Position numbers and translations under genes: made by a program. A DNA stretch of 64,000 nt, taken from a virus (taxonomy: Duplodnaviria > Caudoviricetes). The stretch covers positions 29,432 to 93,431 of the IMG/VR virus record IMGVR_UViG_3300045837_000213. One strand, 5' to 3'. Positions 46,629 through 57,465 of the stretch are shown one piece after another (position 1 is the stretch's first letter; each line of letters begins with the position of its first letter). Below the pieces are notes generated by a model. It had not been told where the DNA came from and ran no database searches. It saw only the letters and a program-made list of their open reading frames with translations.

Positions 46629-47625
46629 GTGCGCCCTCCTTGGCCGCGCTCAGGGCGACGACCGCCCAGCGGCGCAGGTCGGCGCGGTTGCGCCAGGCGA
46701 CGTACAGGAGGAAGAGCGCGAGGACGGCCACGAGCAGGTAGGCCGAAAGCTCTCCGGCCTTGAGCGCCGAGCCGAGCCACGCCCCCGCCTCGACGACGCG
46801 CGAGCCCGACTTCGCCCAGAGCGATTTCGACTGCTCGGCGATGGCCGAAGACGGCGTCGCCTCGGCGAGGTCGATGTAGCTCGCCGCCTTCGACTGCTCG
46901 GCGACGTGCGCGGCCTCTGCCTGGGCCTGCACCTCCGGCGACTTGTCGGCGATCTTCAGCTCGATGGGGTCGTGCGTCTCCGGGGTCGGGATGACGGGCG
47001 AGGCGGCGATCCGGTGGGCGAGAACCTGAGAGGCCGTCACCGCGGATGGCGCGCGGTCGAGGACGGCCAGGCAGCGCCAGTAGTTCTGGACGCGCTCCGC
47101 TAGCCCGTTCGTGCCGCCGTTAATGCGCCGGCAGATCGAGGTGAGCGTGCGCTGCTCCGCCGCGTCGCGCACCCCGCGCAGGCAGTCGGCCAGCTCATTC
47201 AGGTGCTTGTCGCTCCAGAAGAAGGCCGCGGAGAGGCAGGCGTTGTCGGTCTGTTCGAGTAGCTCCGGGTGGTCGAGCAGGTCGAGGCCGAGGGCCTTTC
47301 CCACGCGCGCGTAGTTGGCGCGGCCCGTGGTCTGGATGTAGCCGCGCCCCATGAACTTTTCGCCGTCGCCCGGCTGCGTGTTGCCGAGGTCTTTGCGCCC
47401 TTCGTAGCGCTCCTGCGTCGGCGTCGGGCCCCAGATCTCGCGGGCGTAGCGGAACCCTTCCGACTCCTTGAGCAGGTTGGCGACGAAGGCGGCGACGCGC
47501 ACGCGCGTAGTGATCCCGAAGCGGAGCATCGCCGCGTTCAGGGCCGGCAGGAGTTGGGCGCGCTTCGCCGGGCCGACGGTCGGGGCTATGAGGCGGAACT
47601 GTTCGTCAGTAAGCTGAATGTCCAT
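46618..47625 (-). CDS. endolysin, glycoside hydrolase family 19, with C-terminal TM
   Basis: LGNTQPGDGEKFMGRGYIQTTGRANY; INGGTNGLAER. Confidence 0.9.
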   Translation of the reverse strand: MDIQLTDEQFRLIAPTVGPAKRAQLLPALNAAMLRFGITTRVRVAAFVANLLKESEGFRYAREIWGPTPTQERYEGRKDLGNTQPGDGEKFMGRGYIQTTGRANYARVGKALGLDLLDHPELLEQTDNACLSAAFFWSDKHLNELADCLRGVRDAAEQRTLTSICRRINGGTNGLAERVQNYWRCLAVLDRAPSAVTASQVLAHRIAASPVIPTPETHDPIELKIADKSPEVQAQAEAAHVAEQSKAASYIDLAEATPSSAIAEQSKSLWAKSGSRVVEAGAWLGSALKAGELSAYLLVAVLALFLLYVAWRNRADLRRWAVVALSAAKEGALAS

Positions 47626-48002
47626 CGGGTGTTTACTCTCTTCGCATGACCTTTACCTTGAGAAAATGACCGGTCGCGCGCGCCGCACGAATCGTCAGTG
47701 AACTTCGGCAGGCTCGAAGAAATCTCGGAGTCTTCAAGGTTCGGAAGGTGACGGGTTTGGCGGGTCGCTCTTTAGCGATGGTAAGACGCGCGGTCGCGCG
47801 CGAAATTGAAAGGAGCGCCGTCGCACACCGCATTATGCGATGTGACTAACACGTTAAACAACATAGCAGAGCGGCGTGGGTGCGCGCAACTGGCTTTTTT
47901 TCGGAGGTACGGTCTGAGAGGGGATTGCCTGATTTTCCCGCCCGAATGAGGGCGAAAGGCGGGCGATCATAAAATCATATGATTCTATGATTTTGCATGA
48001 TT

Positions 48003-48335
48003 TCAGCCGATCAGGTCGTCGGCGAACATCTTCCCGATGTCCTCGTCGGAAGACGCTTCCCGTCGCCGCTCGAATTCCTGATTAACCACGTCGAGCGCCG
48101 CCCTCGTCGCCGGAAGCGCCGAGGCCATCGCGTCGTTAAAGAGCCGCACCAGCTCGTGGTAGGGAGACGACAGGAGTTGTTGTATGAGGGCGTTTCGGTC
48201 TGCCACGTTTTCAGCGCGCGCAACGATGAAGTCGGTGCGAGCGCCGACCGCCAGGCCCTGACCGGCTAGTTCTATCCAGAAGGCCTCCTGGACGGTCAGC
48301 TCGCTGGTTGAAAATTTCAGTTCGATCATCGTCAA
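48003..48335 (-). CDS. hypothetical protein
   Basis: GAGG RBS; protein-like composition. Confidence 0.5.
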   Translation of the reverse strand: MTMIELKFSTSELTVQEAFWIELAGQGLAVGARTDFIVARAENVADRNALIQQLLSSPYHELVRLFNDAMASALPATRAALDVVNQEFERRREASSDEDIGKMFADDLIG

Positions 48336-48407
48336 ACCTCGGTCATTGTCCCGGCGTCGAGAATCTTCATGCAGTCCTCACAGACGAAGACACGCCTGCG
48401 CCTCTTA

Positions 48408-49523
48408 TCAATCCCAATTGGCGGTAGAGAGAAAAAGTTGCTCGTCGGATTTGAGCATGAGCATCTGCGCGATGAGCTGGTCGGCCATCGGGAGGGCGTA
48501 GGCGTTCGGCGGCAACGCGCAGAGTCGCACCGGGCGTTTGAGACCTTTGCCCATCATCGTGACGTTATATGACCGCGCGCGCGCAGATAGTTGATAGCGA
48601 TAACCCGACTGCCCGGTGATTGTGAAATGCCCGTGGCGGTCGAGTGATTCGCGCTGCTCTTCGGTAAGAAGGGATCGAAGGAGGGCGTCGGCGCGTTCTT
48701 CCATCGCGGGCGTGATAGCCGATGTCTTCTCACGACCGAAGTCCATGCCGACGAGAGCATGAAGATGCCTCTCCGTCTCAGGATTCATTCGGTGCGTGAA
48801 GCCGCCGCGTGTACGCAAGTCGTGACGATCGATGGCCGGGCGCGCGGCGTAATTCAGCGCGTCGGTCGGGTCATCATGTTGCGCTCGCGGTATCCCGACG
48901 TGCGGCTGGCCGGGCTGGCGACGGCCCATCTCGACGAAGGCGGCGTACTGCGCCGCAGAGCGCAACGTCCCACCCTCGATTGTGATTTGTGGCAGGCGCA
49001 GATCTTCGACGCGCGGCATCTGGACGCGCGCTCCTCGACCGAAGGGAGCGTCGGGCCGGCGAAGCGCAGTCATCACGCGCGACGCCTCGACGGCCTGCGC
49101 CGCGAACTTTTCGAGCGCGCTCGACATCTCGGCGCGCAGACGTTGCGTGATGGTAAGCACGAGTCCCGCCATGACCTCGAAACTGTGACGCGCCGCGTCA
49201 GCGGAATGAATCTGCTGTCGGGCGAGCATCGTGAATTCTTCGGTGAACTCCCATTGCTCGGCGCGGTCGCCGCAGTCGAGCCGCGCCGTCACCGTATAAG
49301 GGCCGTATGCATAAGGCTCGGCGCGCGTCTCCAGATCGGTGAGAATGGGCGCGTGCGGCGGCGGGTCTGGCTCGACATACGCCGACGGCTCGCGCCACGC
49401 GCGGGCGTCGAAGACGCTCACGTCGTGAATCGCGCCGCGCCGCCCCCTGACCTCGACGGAACTCACCATCGGCAGCGCCGGGATGTCGGGGTCGAGATCA
49501 GCGGGCCGGCTGATTTCTCTCAT
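48408..49523 (-). CDS. hypothetical phage protein
   Basis: Long ORF; C-terminal LCALP...ADQLIAQMLML; start uncertain. Confidence 0.6.
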   Translation of the reverse strand: MREISRPADLDPDIPALPMVSSVEVRGRRGAIHDVSVFDARAWREPSAYVEPDPPPHAPILTDLETRAEPYAYGPYTVTARLDCGDRAEQWEFTEEFTMLARQQIHSADAARHSFEVMAGLVLTITQRLRAEMSSALEKFAAQAVEASRVMTALRRPDAPFGRGARVQMPRVEDLRLPQITIEGGTLRSAAQYAAFVEMGRRQPGQPHVGIPRAQHDDPTDALNYAARPAIDRHDLRTRGGFTHRMNPETERHLHALVGMDFGREKTSAITPAMEERADALLRSLLTEEQRESLDRHGHFTITGQSGYRYQLSARARSYNVTMMGKGLKRPVRLCALPPNAYALPMADQLIAQMLMLKSDEQLFLSTANWD

Positions 49524-49844
49524 GTTGTAGGCGCGGACGGCCACTGCGACGATTAACCGCCGACGAGCGTGCGAAACATGAAGACCGACTCGGCGGCGCG
49601 CGCGTCCTCTTCGCAACGCAGCACGCGACCGGCGGGTATCTCGGCCTCGCCGCCCTTGAAGTCCGCGGGCACTTCGACGGCGGTGAATCCGTTGCCGAAC
49701 AGAGTCGCGAGGACGCCCGATTGCACGGCCTCCGTGACGGGCAGCGTCGTGTGACCGGCGTCGGGGAGGCCGAAGCGGTTGGCGTCCGCCTGCGAGAGCA
49801 GGACGTGGAGTTTTCTATCGCTCATCATTTGCTCCCTGGAATGG

Positions 49845-50129
49845 TTAAAGCACGATCTCTTCATGGTCGAATACGTCATGACCATCAGGACGTGCGACGC
49901 CCGAAAAGCCCGTGCGTAGAATCTTCACGTCGGCGCGATCTCTCGCCGCCGGCGTCCAGTAGGCGAAGCAGGACTGCCACCAAATCGAGTCGCCGGGCCT
50001 GATCAATTCGGAGTCTGCGTTGCGCTCGACGTAGATCGTGCAGGTGTCCTTCGGGTAAGTCTTATCGCGGATGTTGAGCCAAATCCTCTCGCCTACCTCG
50101 ACGACTTCGATGACGGTTCCTCCGACCAT
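49845..50129 (-). CDS. hypothetical protein
   Basis: GGAGAGG RBS. Confidence 0.6.
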   Translation of the reverse strand: MVGGTVIEVVEVGERIWLNIRDKTYPKDTCTIYVERNADSELIRPGDSIWWQSCFAYWTPAARDRADVKILRTGFSGVARPDGHDVFDHEEIVL

Positions 50130-50529
50130 GACCTCTCCCTTCGCACGGCTCGAAAATAGAAGCCCCCGCAGTCGCTATCCTGCCTGGAAGCCGCGAACCT
50201 CTTTAACGGGGAGGGGCGGCGGTCGGGTGCCACCTATGTGTTCAGCGACACCAGGGGCCCAGTTGTCAAAGGTCGGGACTCGCGGGTGCAGCCCTCGCAT
50301 CGGCATATAGCCCGCTGCGGCGCGCGCGGGAATTCCCGCGGACGCCCGCCAGGGAGTTGCATCGCGCGGCCACCCTTGGCCTTCGGGAGCCGCCCTGGCC
50401 CTGACGCCTGACCGGCGAGCCGTTGTTCTCGGGATGCCACGAGCGTCGCCAGCCCGGTTGCCGCCGCGAAGAGTAGCCCCAGGCTCGGACCTCGATGCAG
50501 GTCTCGCGGCGGCCAAACTCAAATACCTC

Positions 50530-50913
50530 TCAAGGAGCCTCGACGAGTTCGACCACCGGCTCGTCGGCGGAAGGGTAGGCGTCATAGACGCCGAACTCAT
50601 CCTCGAAGGCGAAGAAGCTGACGCGCAAATCTTTCGCCTCCTCCTCCGACATACCTTCCGACTCGACGTAGCGCCTCTTCGCCTCAGCCGGCTCCACGTC
50701 GAGGTAGGCGCGCTTCACGCCCATGTGGCCGATGATGACCAGCGTGTGCTGGCGCGACGGCCTGCGCTCGAGGTGGCGCGTCAGGATCATCTCGACCTGC
50801 TGCATGAGAGTGCGGTGATCCTGCACGGCCTCAGCCTTGAGCCGCCGCTTCAGCTCTTCGGTGATGTATCCGCCGATGTAGCCGGTCTTCCTTCTCATGC
50901 CCTCGCCGCTCAA
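50530..50913 (-). CDS. ribbon-helix-helix-like DNA-binding protein
   Basis: YIGGYITEELKRRLKAEAVQDHRTLMQQVEMIL. Confidence 0.6.
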   Translation of the reverse strand: MSGEGMRRKTGYIGGYITEELKRRLKAEAVQDHRTLMQQVEMILTRHLERRPSRQHTLVIIGHMGVKRAYLDVEPAEAKRRYVESEGMSEEEAKDLRVSFFAFEDEFGVYDAYPSADEPVVELVEAP

Positions 50914-50948
50914 TCACTCCGCCGCCAGGCGAAAAGTTAACTTGAAAT

Positions 50949-53522
50949 TCAAGCGCCGTTTTTGTGCGCGAACTCGTCGTGGTCGAGCGCAAGTATTCGC
51001 CGCCGCGACGCCTCGAAAAGCTTGGCGATGTTGTTGTTCTCGTGAGTGCGAAGCCTGCCCGTGAGGAATTTCTTTTCGACCTCGGCGACGACGTTCGACG
51101 CCTCGACCTTCAAGTCGATCATGCTCTGGCGCGTAAACTCGCGCGTGTCGGTCTGCGCTGTCCGTTGCGGCGAGTGCGGGCAAGCTTTCGAGATGGGTAT
51201 TACCGTCGTATCGCAGTCGAACCCGACCGATAGATGGCAGATTGCGTGCAGGTTGACGTTGGGAGTCTGTACGACTCTGAGCGTCGCCCCGACGAGGACG
51301 CTCGCGCAGTAGCCGATGGGCGTCGGCCAGTTGAAAGTAATCGTCTCTTGGAGGTCGTAGCAATCCGCCGCTTGGTTCGGCCCCGGCTGCGTCGCGCCAG
51401 CCGAGTTGTTGACGTAGCCGCCTGACGCGTAAATGTGCGTCGCCGCAATCGCGTCGCGATAAGAGGCGGCGACCTTCGAGCGAAAAAGCGGCGCGTCGAA
51501 CTGCCAATAACCTTGCCGCGGCGAGACGGAGGGCGCTTCAACCCAACGGCTCGCGGCGTCGTAGCAGCTCTGCACGCGGTCGGCGAACTCTTCGGGCGAG
51601 ATCGGGGTCGCGGCGCTAGAGAGCGCCGGTCTATCTTCGGACAGCTTGAAGTCCTCGACGAGGGCGTATGCCATGCCGCGGTATGCTGGCTGCTCATCAC
51701 ACTTGTCCTTCATGCTGAGAACGAGGCGTGGGGAAGATACCACCTGCTTCGAAGCCGTGAGCTTCTTTTCCAGATCTTCGTTGCACTGCCGCAGGTACTT
51801 GACCTCATCCTGTGTCTTCTTGAGCTGTTGATGTAGCTCGTTAGCATCAACGAAGCCGCCGCGCCCGGCGAGACGCATGACGACGTGCTCGGTGTAGAGG
51901 TCGGCGAGCATCGCACGCACGTTTGACTCGCTGAACCCGTGTTCGGCAATCTCCGGCACCAACCTCTCGAAAAAGGCTTCGACGAACATGCCGGGCGAGA
52001 TAAGGCCGGGACTCGGCAACGTCATCTCGGAGAAGAGCGCGGCCACCTTCTCTCGAAACATGCCGGAGTTGAAGGTCGCGCCGCTGCGGGTGAAGGATTC
52101 GAGGCGCGCGAGGTCTATGAGTTTGGCGAAGTGTTCGCCGCTGACGACCGTGAAAGGTCGCCCGTCCTGCCTTGGAAGCCCCGACGGATAACACACCGGG
52201 CAATAGATGCCCTCGAAGTCGCCGTGCATCTGACAGCGCAGGCCGGGGCGAGGCGTCTGGTCGGGGTTGCCGTGTCGCGTGATGCCGGCACAAGAGATGA
52301 TTGACGCGGGTGTGTTGCAATAGAAGCAGGCGAGATCGGGGATGCGCCCGTCAACACACCACACAGTCTGCTCCCTCTGCAAACGGCAATTCTCGCAGCG
52401 GGCGACCAACTCGGCGCTGTATTCGTCGGACGGCTTGCCACAGGTCGTGACGTAGAAAATTGCGGGGCGCTGACCGGACAGAAAGCCGGTCATGTCGAGA
52501 TATGCGTTGCGTCGCGGCAGAACCTTGAACCATTCGGGCGACTCGGCTAACCCTTCGCCCTCAAGCCCCAGCGCGCGCGCCTCGGCCTTTGAGACTTCGA
52601 GAATCGCGCTCAGATCGCCGGTCGCCACCGCCTCATCCATCATCGCGTTGAAACGAGAGAGTGCGAGCGATAGATCATCGCGCACTTTCGGGTCTGTCGG
52701 GTCAATAGCCACTAATCTGTCGCGCGCGACGAGCGCAGACTTCTCGGCCTCTTCGATTATCGCGACCATGCGTTGCTGGCGTTCGACGGCCTCGGCGATC
52801 TCGTCAACGCGGGAGAGAGAGTCGGCATCCATCGCGTCGCGCAGCTTGGCCTTGATGGCGGCGACGCGCTCGGCTTCGGTCATCGCCTTCGCTTCGTCCC
52901 CATAGCCGAAATTGACGGTGAAAGACCCGTCTCTAAGGCCGGGATAGAGGTCGCCGTGATGCCCGTCGCAGACGCACTCCTCAAGGTTATGGCCGTTGGC
53001 GCACTGGCCGATGACAACGAAGCCGGAGCACTTGCAGCCGGGCGCGGTGCAGGCACGCCCGCGTGCCGTCTCTTCGCCGGTGTGACGCGAGCGGTAGTGC
53101 TGGCAGGAGATGAGGCCGCAGCCGGCGTCCTCGGCGAATTCAGGCGCGGGCACGAACACGCCAACATCTCTGAACACCATCCCCCCGCCGTCACATTGAA
53201 CATCGCCCGCGCCGGCAGTAATGCCGCCGTGCGCGTCCATCATCGCGACCGCCTTCGTCTGGCCGTCTCTGAACACAAGCACGTCGCCGTCCTCGGCCTC
53301 GGTGAGTGCGTGCACCACATCTTCGCCGCGCGCCGGTCTGTTCTGCGCATCCCAAAAGGTCAGCGTCAGAAACTCGGGCTTGAGCGCGCCGTTAGGGTCG
53401 TGCGCGTCAACAACACGCGAGTAGCCGCGCGGAGGTTCTGTGCCCTTCGGTACGCGAAACGCGATGCCGTCGCGCTCGCGCATGATCACGTCGCTATCTT
53501 CCGGTCGCTTCTGTTCGCCCAT
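50949..53522 (-). CDS. large hypothetical protein with several Cys clusters
   Basis: 857-aa ORF; multiple CxxC/CxC motifs. Confidence 0.65.
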   Translation of the reverse strand: MGEQKRPEDSDVIMRERDGIAFRVPKGTEPPRGYSRVVDAHDPNGALKPEFLTLTFWDAQNRPARGEDVVHALTEAEDGDVLVFRDGQTKAVAMMDAHGGITAGAGDVQCDGGGMVFRDVGVFVPAPEFAEDAGCGLISCQHYRSRHTGEETARGRACTAPGCKCSGFVVIGQCANGHNLEECVCDGHHGDLYPGLRDGSFTVNFGYGDEAKAMTEAERVAAIKAKLRDAMDADSLSRVDEIAEAVERQQRMVAIIEEAEKSALVARDRLVAIDPTDPKVRDDLSLALSRFNAMMDEAVATGDLSAILEVSKAEARALGLEGEGLAESPEWFKVLPRRNAYLDMTGFLSGQRPAIFYVTTCGKPSDEYSAELVARCENCRLQREQTVWCVDGRIPDLACFYCNTPASIISCAGITRHGNPDQTPRPGLRCQMHGDFEGIYCPVCYPSGLPRQDGRPFTVVSGEHFAKLIDLARLESFTRSGATFNSGMFREKVAALFSEMTLPSPGLISPGMFVEAFFERLVPEIAEHGFSESNVRAMLADLYTEHVVMRLAGRGGFVDANELHQQLKKTQDEVKYLRQCNEDLEKKLTASKQVVSSPRLVLSMKDKCDEQPAYRGMAYALVEDFKLSEDRPALSSAATPISPEEFADRVQSCYDAASRWVEAPSVSPRQGYWQFDAPLFRSKVAASYRDAIAATHIYASGGYVNNSAGATQPGPNQAADCYDLQETITFNWPTPIGYCASVLVGATLRVVQTPNVNLHAICHLSVGFDCDTTVIPISKACPHSPQRTAQTDTREFTRQSMIDLKVEASNVVAEVEKKFLTGRLRTHENNNIAKLFEASRRRILALDHDEFAHKNGA

Positions 53523-53526
53523 CTGC

Positions 53527-54042
53527 TTATAGCTCCTCGCTCTCGTGTTTCTCTTCGCGCGTGTTGCTTGTATAACCCGTCATCGTCGTCGGCGAAGAAT
53601 TGTACGGCGAGGGCGGCGCGACGCCGGCCGGGGCTTGGCCGGTTTCGTTGATGAGTAAATGCTCGCGCAGGATGCGGTTGCCGAAGGGGATTTTGAACAA
53701 CTCGACGGCGAGCGCGAGTTTCTCCTCGGCGCACGTCCGTTGCAGCTCCAGAAAGCGCGCGTCGGACTCGCGCAAAGAGATGGCGCGCTCGCGCTCGGCG
53801 CACTTCGCCTCTCTCTCGGTCATGCGCTTGTCGCGCTCGACGAGTTGCGCGTTCTCCGAACGCAGGCGTTCATTCTCTTTGGCGAGCGACGCGTTGCCTT
53901 GGTACAGTTCTTTGATCTGGACTAACGCCTCGTCGGCGCGGCGAAGGTACATCCGCAACTCGCCCGAAAGCATCCCCGGCAGATGTTTGTTGATGGCCTC
54001 GCTCAACTCGGCGCTGAGCGTCGGTTTATTCTCATCACTCAT
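53527..54042 (-). CDS. coiled-coil hypothetical protein
   Basis: AAGGAG RBS. Confidence 0.65.
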   Translation of the reverse strand: MSDENKPTLSAELSEAINKHLPGMLSGELRMYLRRADEALVQIKELYQGNASLAKENERLRSENAQLVERDKRMTEREAKCAERERAISLRESDARFLELQRTCAEEKLALAVELFKIPFGNRILREHLLINETGQAPAGVAPPSPYNSSPTTMTGYTSNTREEKHESEEL

Positions 54043-54057
54043 GGCAATCGCTCTCCT

Positions 54058-54426
54058 TTATTTAGCTTCCGGCTCTTCGGTCGCTTGAGCTTCCTCGCCT
54101 TCCGCCGCCTTACCTGAAGCCAACACCTGCGCCGCCGGCGCGGTCGCCTCAGGCGCAGGATCTTTCGTCGCCTTCGCCTCCTCGCGCTTAATGAGCTGCG
54201 CGACCGCGACCATCTCAGAGCGCGGGCCGTAAGAGACGAGCGAACTCGTCCCGACGACGGCTACCGTGCCGTCACGGTATTTGATCGCGTCGCCTACTTC
54301 CGGCGAGTGTGGCCCCGGCGGCTGCCAGTCGAGGCCGTCGAAGAGCGCGAAGGAAAATGTCTTCGGCGCGTCCACGGTTGTTCGCGCCGAGCCAATGCTT
54401 AGATTGCCCTGTTCTTCTGCCCCCAT
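54058..54426 (-). CDS. hypothetical protein
   Basis: GAGGA RBS before MGAEEQ. Confidence 0.55.
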   Translation of the reverse strand: MGAEEQGNLSIGSARTTVDAPKTFSFALFDGLDWQPPGPHSPEVGDAIKYRDGTVAVVGTSSLVSYGPRSEMVAVAQLIKREEAKATKDPAPEATAPAAQVLASGKAAEGEEAQATEEPEAK

Positions 54427-54440
54427 CGTCTCTGTCCTCC

Positions 54441-55061
54441 TCAGGCTGCCTTTCGATCTATGAAGCCGGCGAACCCGCCGATCAGCGCGGGCGCGTAATG
54501 AAACCGATAGCCGTCGCACCTGCCGAGTACTCGAATACGCCCGTCCACGACCTTCGAGAAGTTGATCGACTTCACCACGCCTGGCATTGCGCGCTTGACG
54601 TTCGTGTGCCAGATGTAGGCCCAGTCGGCCTGCACCCAATACACGTTCATCGTGCGCTTCTCCAGCACCATGAAGCCGCTGTAAGGGTTGCCGCCGGCGA
54701 AAGACGAATAAAGGTCTTCGATCTGCTTCGGTTTGAAATTCTCGTAAGAGATCGAAGCCCCGGCGAACTCCTTGGCGTCGAACTGCACGGCCCAGCAGCC
54801 GACCGAGCCGACGTAGTCGGGCGCGCTCTTCCGCCTCATCAGCAGTCCGCCCTCGGCGGTGCGCGCGCGGCATTCGGGCGTCTGCTTCTCCCACAGCCAT
54901 CGGTCGGCGAACGCCCACTCGTTGCGGACGGAATAGACCTTGCCCCAGCGCCGCGACTCGTACCACGCGTGAGTCCGGTCGAGGATGTCCTGCCAGATGC
55001 GCCCGCGGTTGCCCTGAGGCTCGCGCCGGTTCACGCCGGCGAGTTGTAGCTGTTCGCCCAT
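54441..55061 (-). CDS. recU: RecU-like Holliday junction resolvase
   Basis: NRG...KSAPDYVG...FDAKE...Q pattern. Confidence 0.75.
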   Translation of the reverse strand: MGEQLQLAGVNRREPQGNRGRIWQDILDRTHAWYESRRWGKVYSVRNEWAFADRWLWEKQTPECRARTAEGGLLMRRKSAPDYVGSVGCWAVQFDAKEFAGASISYENFKPKQIEDLYSSFAGGNPYSGFMVLEKRTMNVYWVQADWAYIWHTNVKRAMPGVVKSINFSKVVDGRIRVLGRCDGYRFHYAPALIGGFAGFIDRKAA

Positions 55062-55071
55062 TCACTCTTCC

Positions 55072-55767
55072 TCAGGCGGCCACCGGCTGCTCACTACCTG
55101 CCCTTCGCGGAAAGAAGCCCGCCTGCGGCTCGGCGTCCGTGGCGGCCTCCTTGATGAGTTCTCCAAGCCCCAGCGTCGGCACCGGCGTGTCGTTGACCTC
55201 CTCGACGAGCGCGGAGTGGTAGCGCACGAACTTCCGCACCAGGTCGGGGTCGTAGAAGGAGCCGCTGCCCTGCACGATGATCTCGAGCGTCTCCTGCGCC
55301 GACATCGCCCCGCGGTATGGCCGGTCGTTGGCGAGCGCGTCATAGCAGTCGGCTATCGAGATGATCCGGGCGAGGAGCGGTATCCTCAGCCCGTTCAGCC
55401 CGTCCGGGTACCCGCCGCCGTCCCAGCGCTCGTGGTGCGCTCGCACGGCCTTCCAGACCTTTTCACTGAAGCCGGCGGCCCGCGCCAGCTCGCCGCCGTT
55501 CGCGGCGTGCGCCTGCATCTCACGGAACTCTTCCGGCGTCAGGCGGTCGGGCTTGTTCAGGACGTATTCGCTCACACGCACCTTGCCGATGTCGTGCAGC
55601 GTCGCCGCTTGCGCTAAATACCGGCGGTCGCGAAGCGTCAGGCTGTCCACCTGCCTACCCAGTCCCACGGCCATCACCGCGACGCGGTGGGAGTGCGCGC
55701 GCACCGACTGGTCTTTCGCCTCCAGCGCCAAACTGAGGGCGTTCAATACCTGAGTGTTCCTGGGCAT
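55072..55767 (-). CDS. HD-GYP cyclic dinucleotide phosphodiesterase
   Basis: HSHRV, LHDIGK, HHERWDGGGYPDGL, IADCYDAL...RPYR. Confidence 0.9.
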   Translation of the reverse strand: MPRNTQVLNALSLALEAKDQSVRAHSHRVAVMAVGLGRQVDSLTLRDRRYLAQAATLHDIGKVRVSEYVLNKPDRLTPEEFREMQAHAANGGELARAAGFSEKVWKAVRAHHERWDGGGYPDGLNGLRIPLLARIISIADCYDALANDRPYRGAMSAQETLEIIVQGSGSFYDPDLVRKFVRYHSALVEEVNDTPVPTLGLGELIKEAATDAEPQAGFFPRRAGSEQPVAA

Positions 55768-56157
55768 AACGGGGCGAACTTGTCTTCAGTCATCGGTCGA
55801 AACCACGGGCAAGAACGGGTATCTCAGCGCCGCCTCGGTCATCGCGGGAGGGTTCGGGCGGCTGGGAGCGAGGGGAACATCCCCCCTAATTAAGATGAAG
55901 GATTAATAGTCGGCTGTCAATAAACTATGCAAAACGGTCGGTAAATTATGCGGACTTGAGATGAGACTTTAGAGGGCGGGGATGCAATCAGGCCGATGGA
56001 GGCGGCCTTTGTGCGGAAATCTTACGCGCGTGAAATGCAAACTCTTGAGGCAAACTGAAGGACATTCAGTCAGGCGTGACAAAACATAGAAATATATTCA
56101 GAGAATCAAAGGCCGTGAAAATAATTCGGCTATTTCAAAAATAGTGTTGAAGGGCAG

Positions 56158-57465
56158 CTAAAAGCGCCCTTCCTCAAGTTCGGTGGTCAGTGTTGATATG
56201 TCGGTCCCGAAGTTGAGCGTATGAGGAGGAAGCATCTCAAGCGAGGTACTAGAGGGCCAGCCGTCGCGCTGGTAGCGTGGCTTGCGCGTCTTGTGCAGGC
56301 GGCGCGTGTGGAGGGCCTTGGCGCGGATCACGTCGAAGGAGTAGCCGCGACCGAGTTTGTTCGTCAGTTTAATGAGTCCGTTCAGGCACTCGGTGAAAGC
56401 ATTGGTAACGCCGCCGGTGCCGAAGTAGTTGAAGATGTACTGCTCCCAGTTTTTGACCGCCCTCCGCAGCTCCGCGAAGTCGTCGCGCAACTCTGCCGGG
56501 ATACGCTCAGACCACTCGCGGTAGATGCGCCTCGCCTCGTCAGAGGTCTCCGCGTCGTAGATCGCGTAGAAGTCCTCCTTGAGCCTGTGCGCGACTCCCA
56601 AGACGGGATAGCTCTTGACGAGCGCGTCAACCTTGATGAGTTGCTCAGCCGTCAGGTCTTTCTCTCGCTTCTCGAAGAGCCTGCGCGAGCCGGTGAGACG
56701 CCGGCGCTGGCGGTCTGGCAGTGCCTTACCGACTCTCTTCCTCACGCCGTCGAAGGCATAGTTGGCGTAGCGGACGACGTGGAACTTGTCTATCACGATG
56801 ACGGCACGGGGCAGGGCTTCGCGCGCGGCGTCGCGGTAGCCGGGCCACATGTCTATCGCCACGTAGCGCACTCGCTCGTAGTCGTCCATCCTCAGCAGCC
56901 TGTTCTTGACCGTCGCCTTGTTGCGGTCGGGCAGGAGGTCGAGGATGGTGCGCTCTGCGACGTTGGCGAGGACGGCGCACGGTCGCCTCAGCAGCGTCAA
57001 CTCGTCGAGGCCCAAGATTTCTGGCGTCTCGAACTTCACGCTCTTGTCGAGTTCGGCGACGTGCTCGGCGAAGAGGTTGATTATCGTCTGGTAGCTGTAG
57101 CCGGTCTCGCGCGCAACGTCAACGAAGGTGCGGTCTCGGGCCTCTCGCCCGATGTACTCGACGAGTCGGTCGGTCGCGGAGTGAAGCTTCGAGACTCCGG
57201 GCAACTCAGGCGAGAAGGTCTTCTGACACTTCTTGCACTGATACCTTTGACGCTTGGTGTGGATGCCGACGCGCTTCCCGTGCGCCGGCAGGTCCATGAT
57301 GATCTGGTCGTAGGTGCCGAACTTGCGATTCTCGGTGTAGTTGGAGCAATGAGGACAGATGACGAAGGCAGGCTCGTTGGCCTGCGCCGTCACCTTGTAG
57401 TCGTGTTCATTCTGCTCGACGGGTGGGGTGACAGTCCAGCCCGGAAGGTTGAGGATGTCAGTCAT
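56158..57465 (-). CDS. ISL3-family transposase
   Basis: CPHC...CKKC zinc finger; LGLDE, AIDMW, DKFHVV, TNAFTECLN. Confidence 0.95.
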   Translation of the reverse strand: MTDILNLPGWTVTPPVEQNEHDYKVTAQANEPAFVICPHCSNYTENRKFGTYDQIIMDLPAHGKRVGIHTKRQRYQCKKCQKTFSPELPGVSKLHSATDRLVEYIGREARDRTFVDVARETGYSYQTIINLFAEHVAELDKSVKFETPEILGLDELTLLRRPCAVLANVAERTILDLLPDRNKATVKNRLLRMDDYERVRYVAIDMWPGYRDAAREALPRAVIVIDKFHVVRYANYAFDGVRKRVGKALPDRQRRRLTGSRRLFEKREKDLTAEQLIKVDALVKSYPVLGVAHRLKEDFYAIYDAETSDEARRIYREWSERIPAELRDDFAELRRAVKNWEQYIFNYFGTGGVTNAFTECLNGLIKLTNKLGRGYSFDVIRAKALHTRRLHKTRKPRYQRDGWPSSTSLEMLPPHTLNFGTDISTLTTELEEGRF

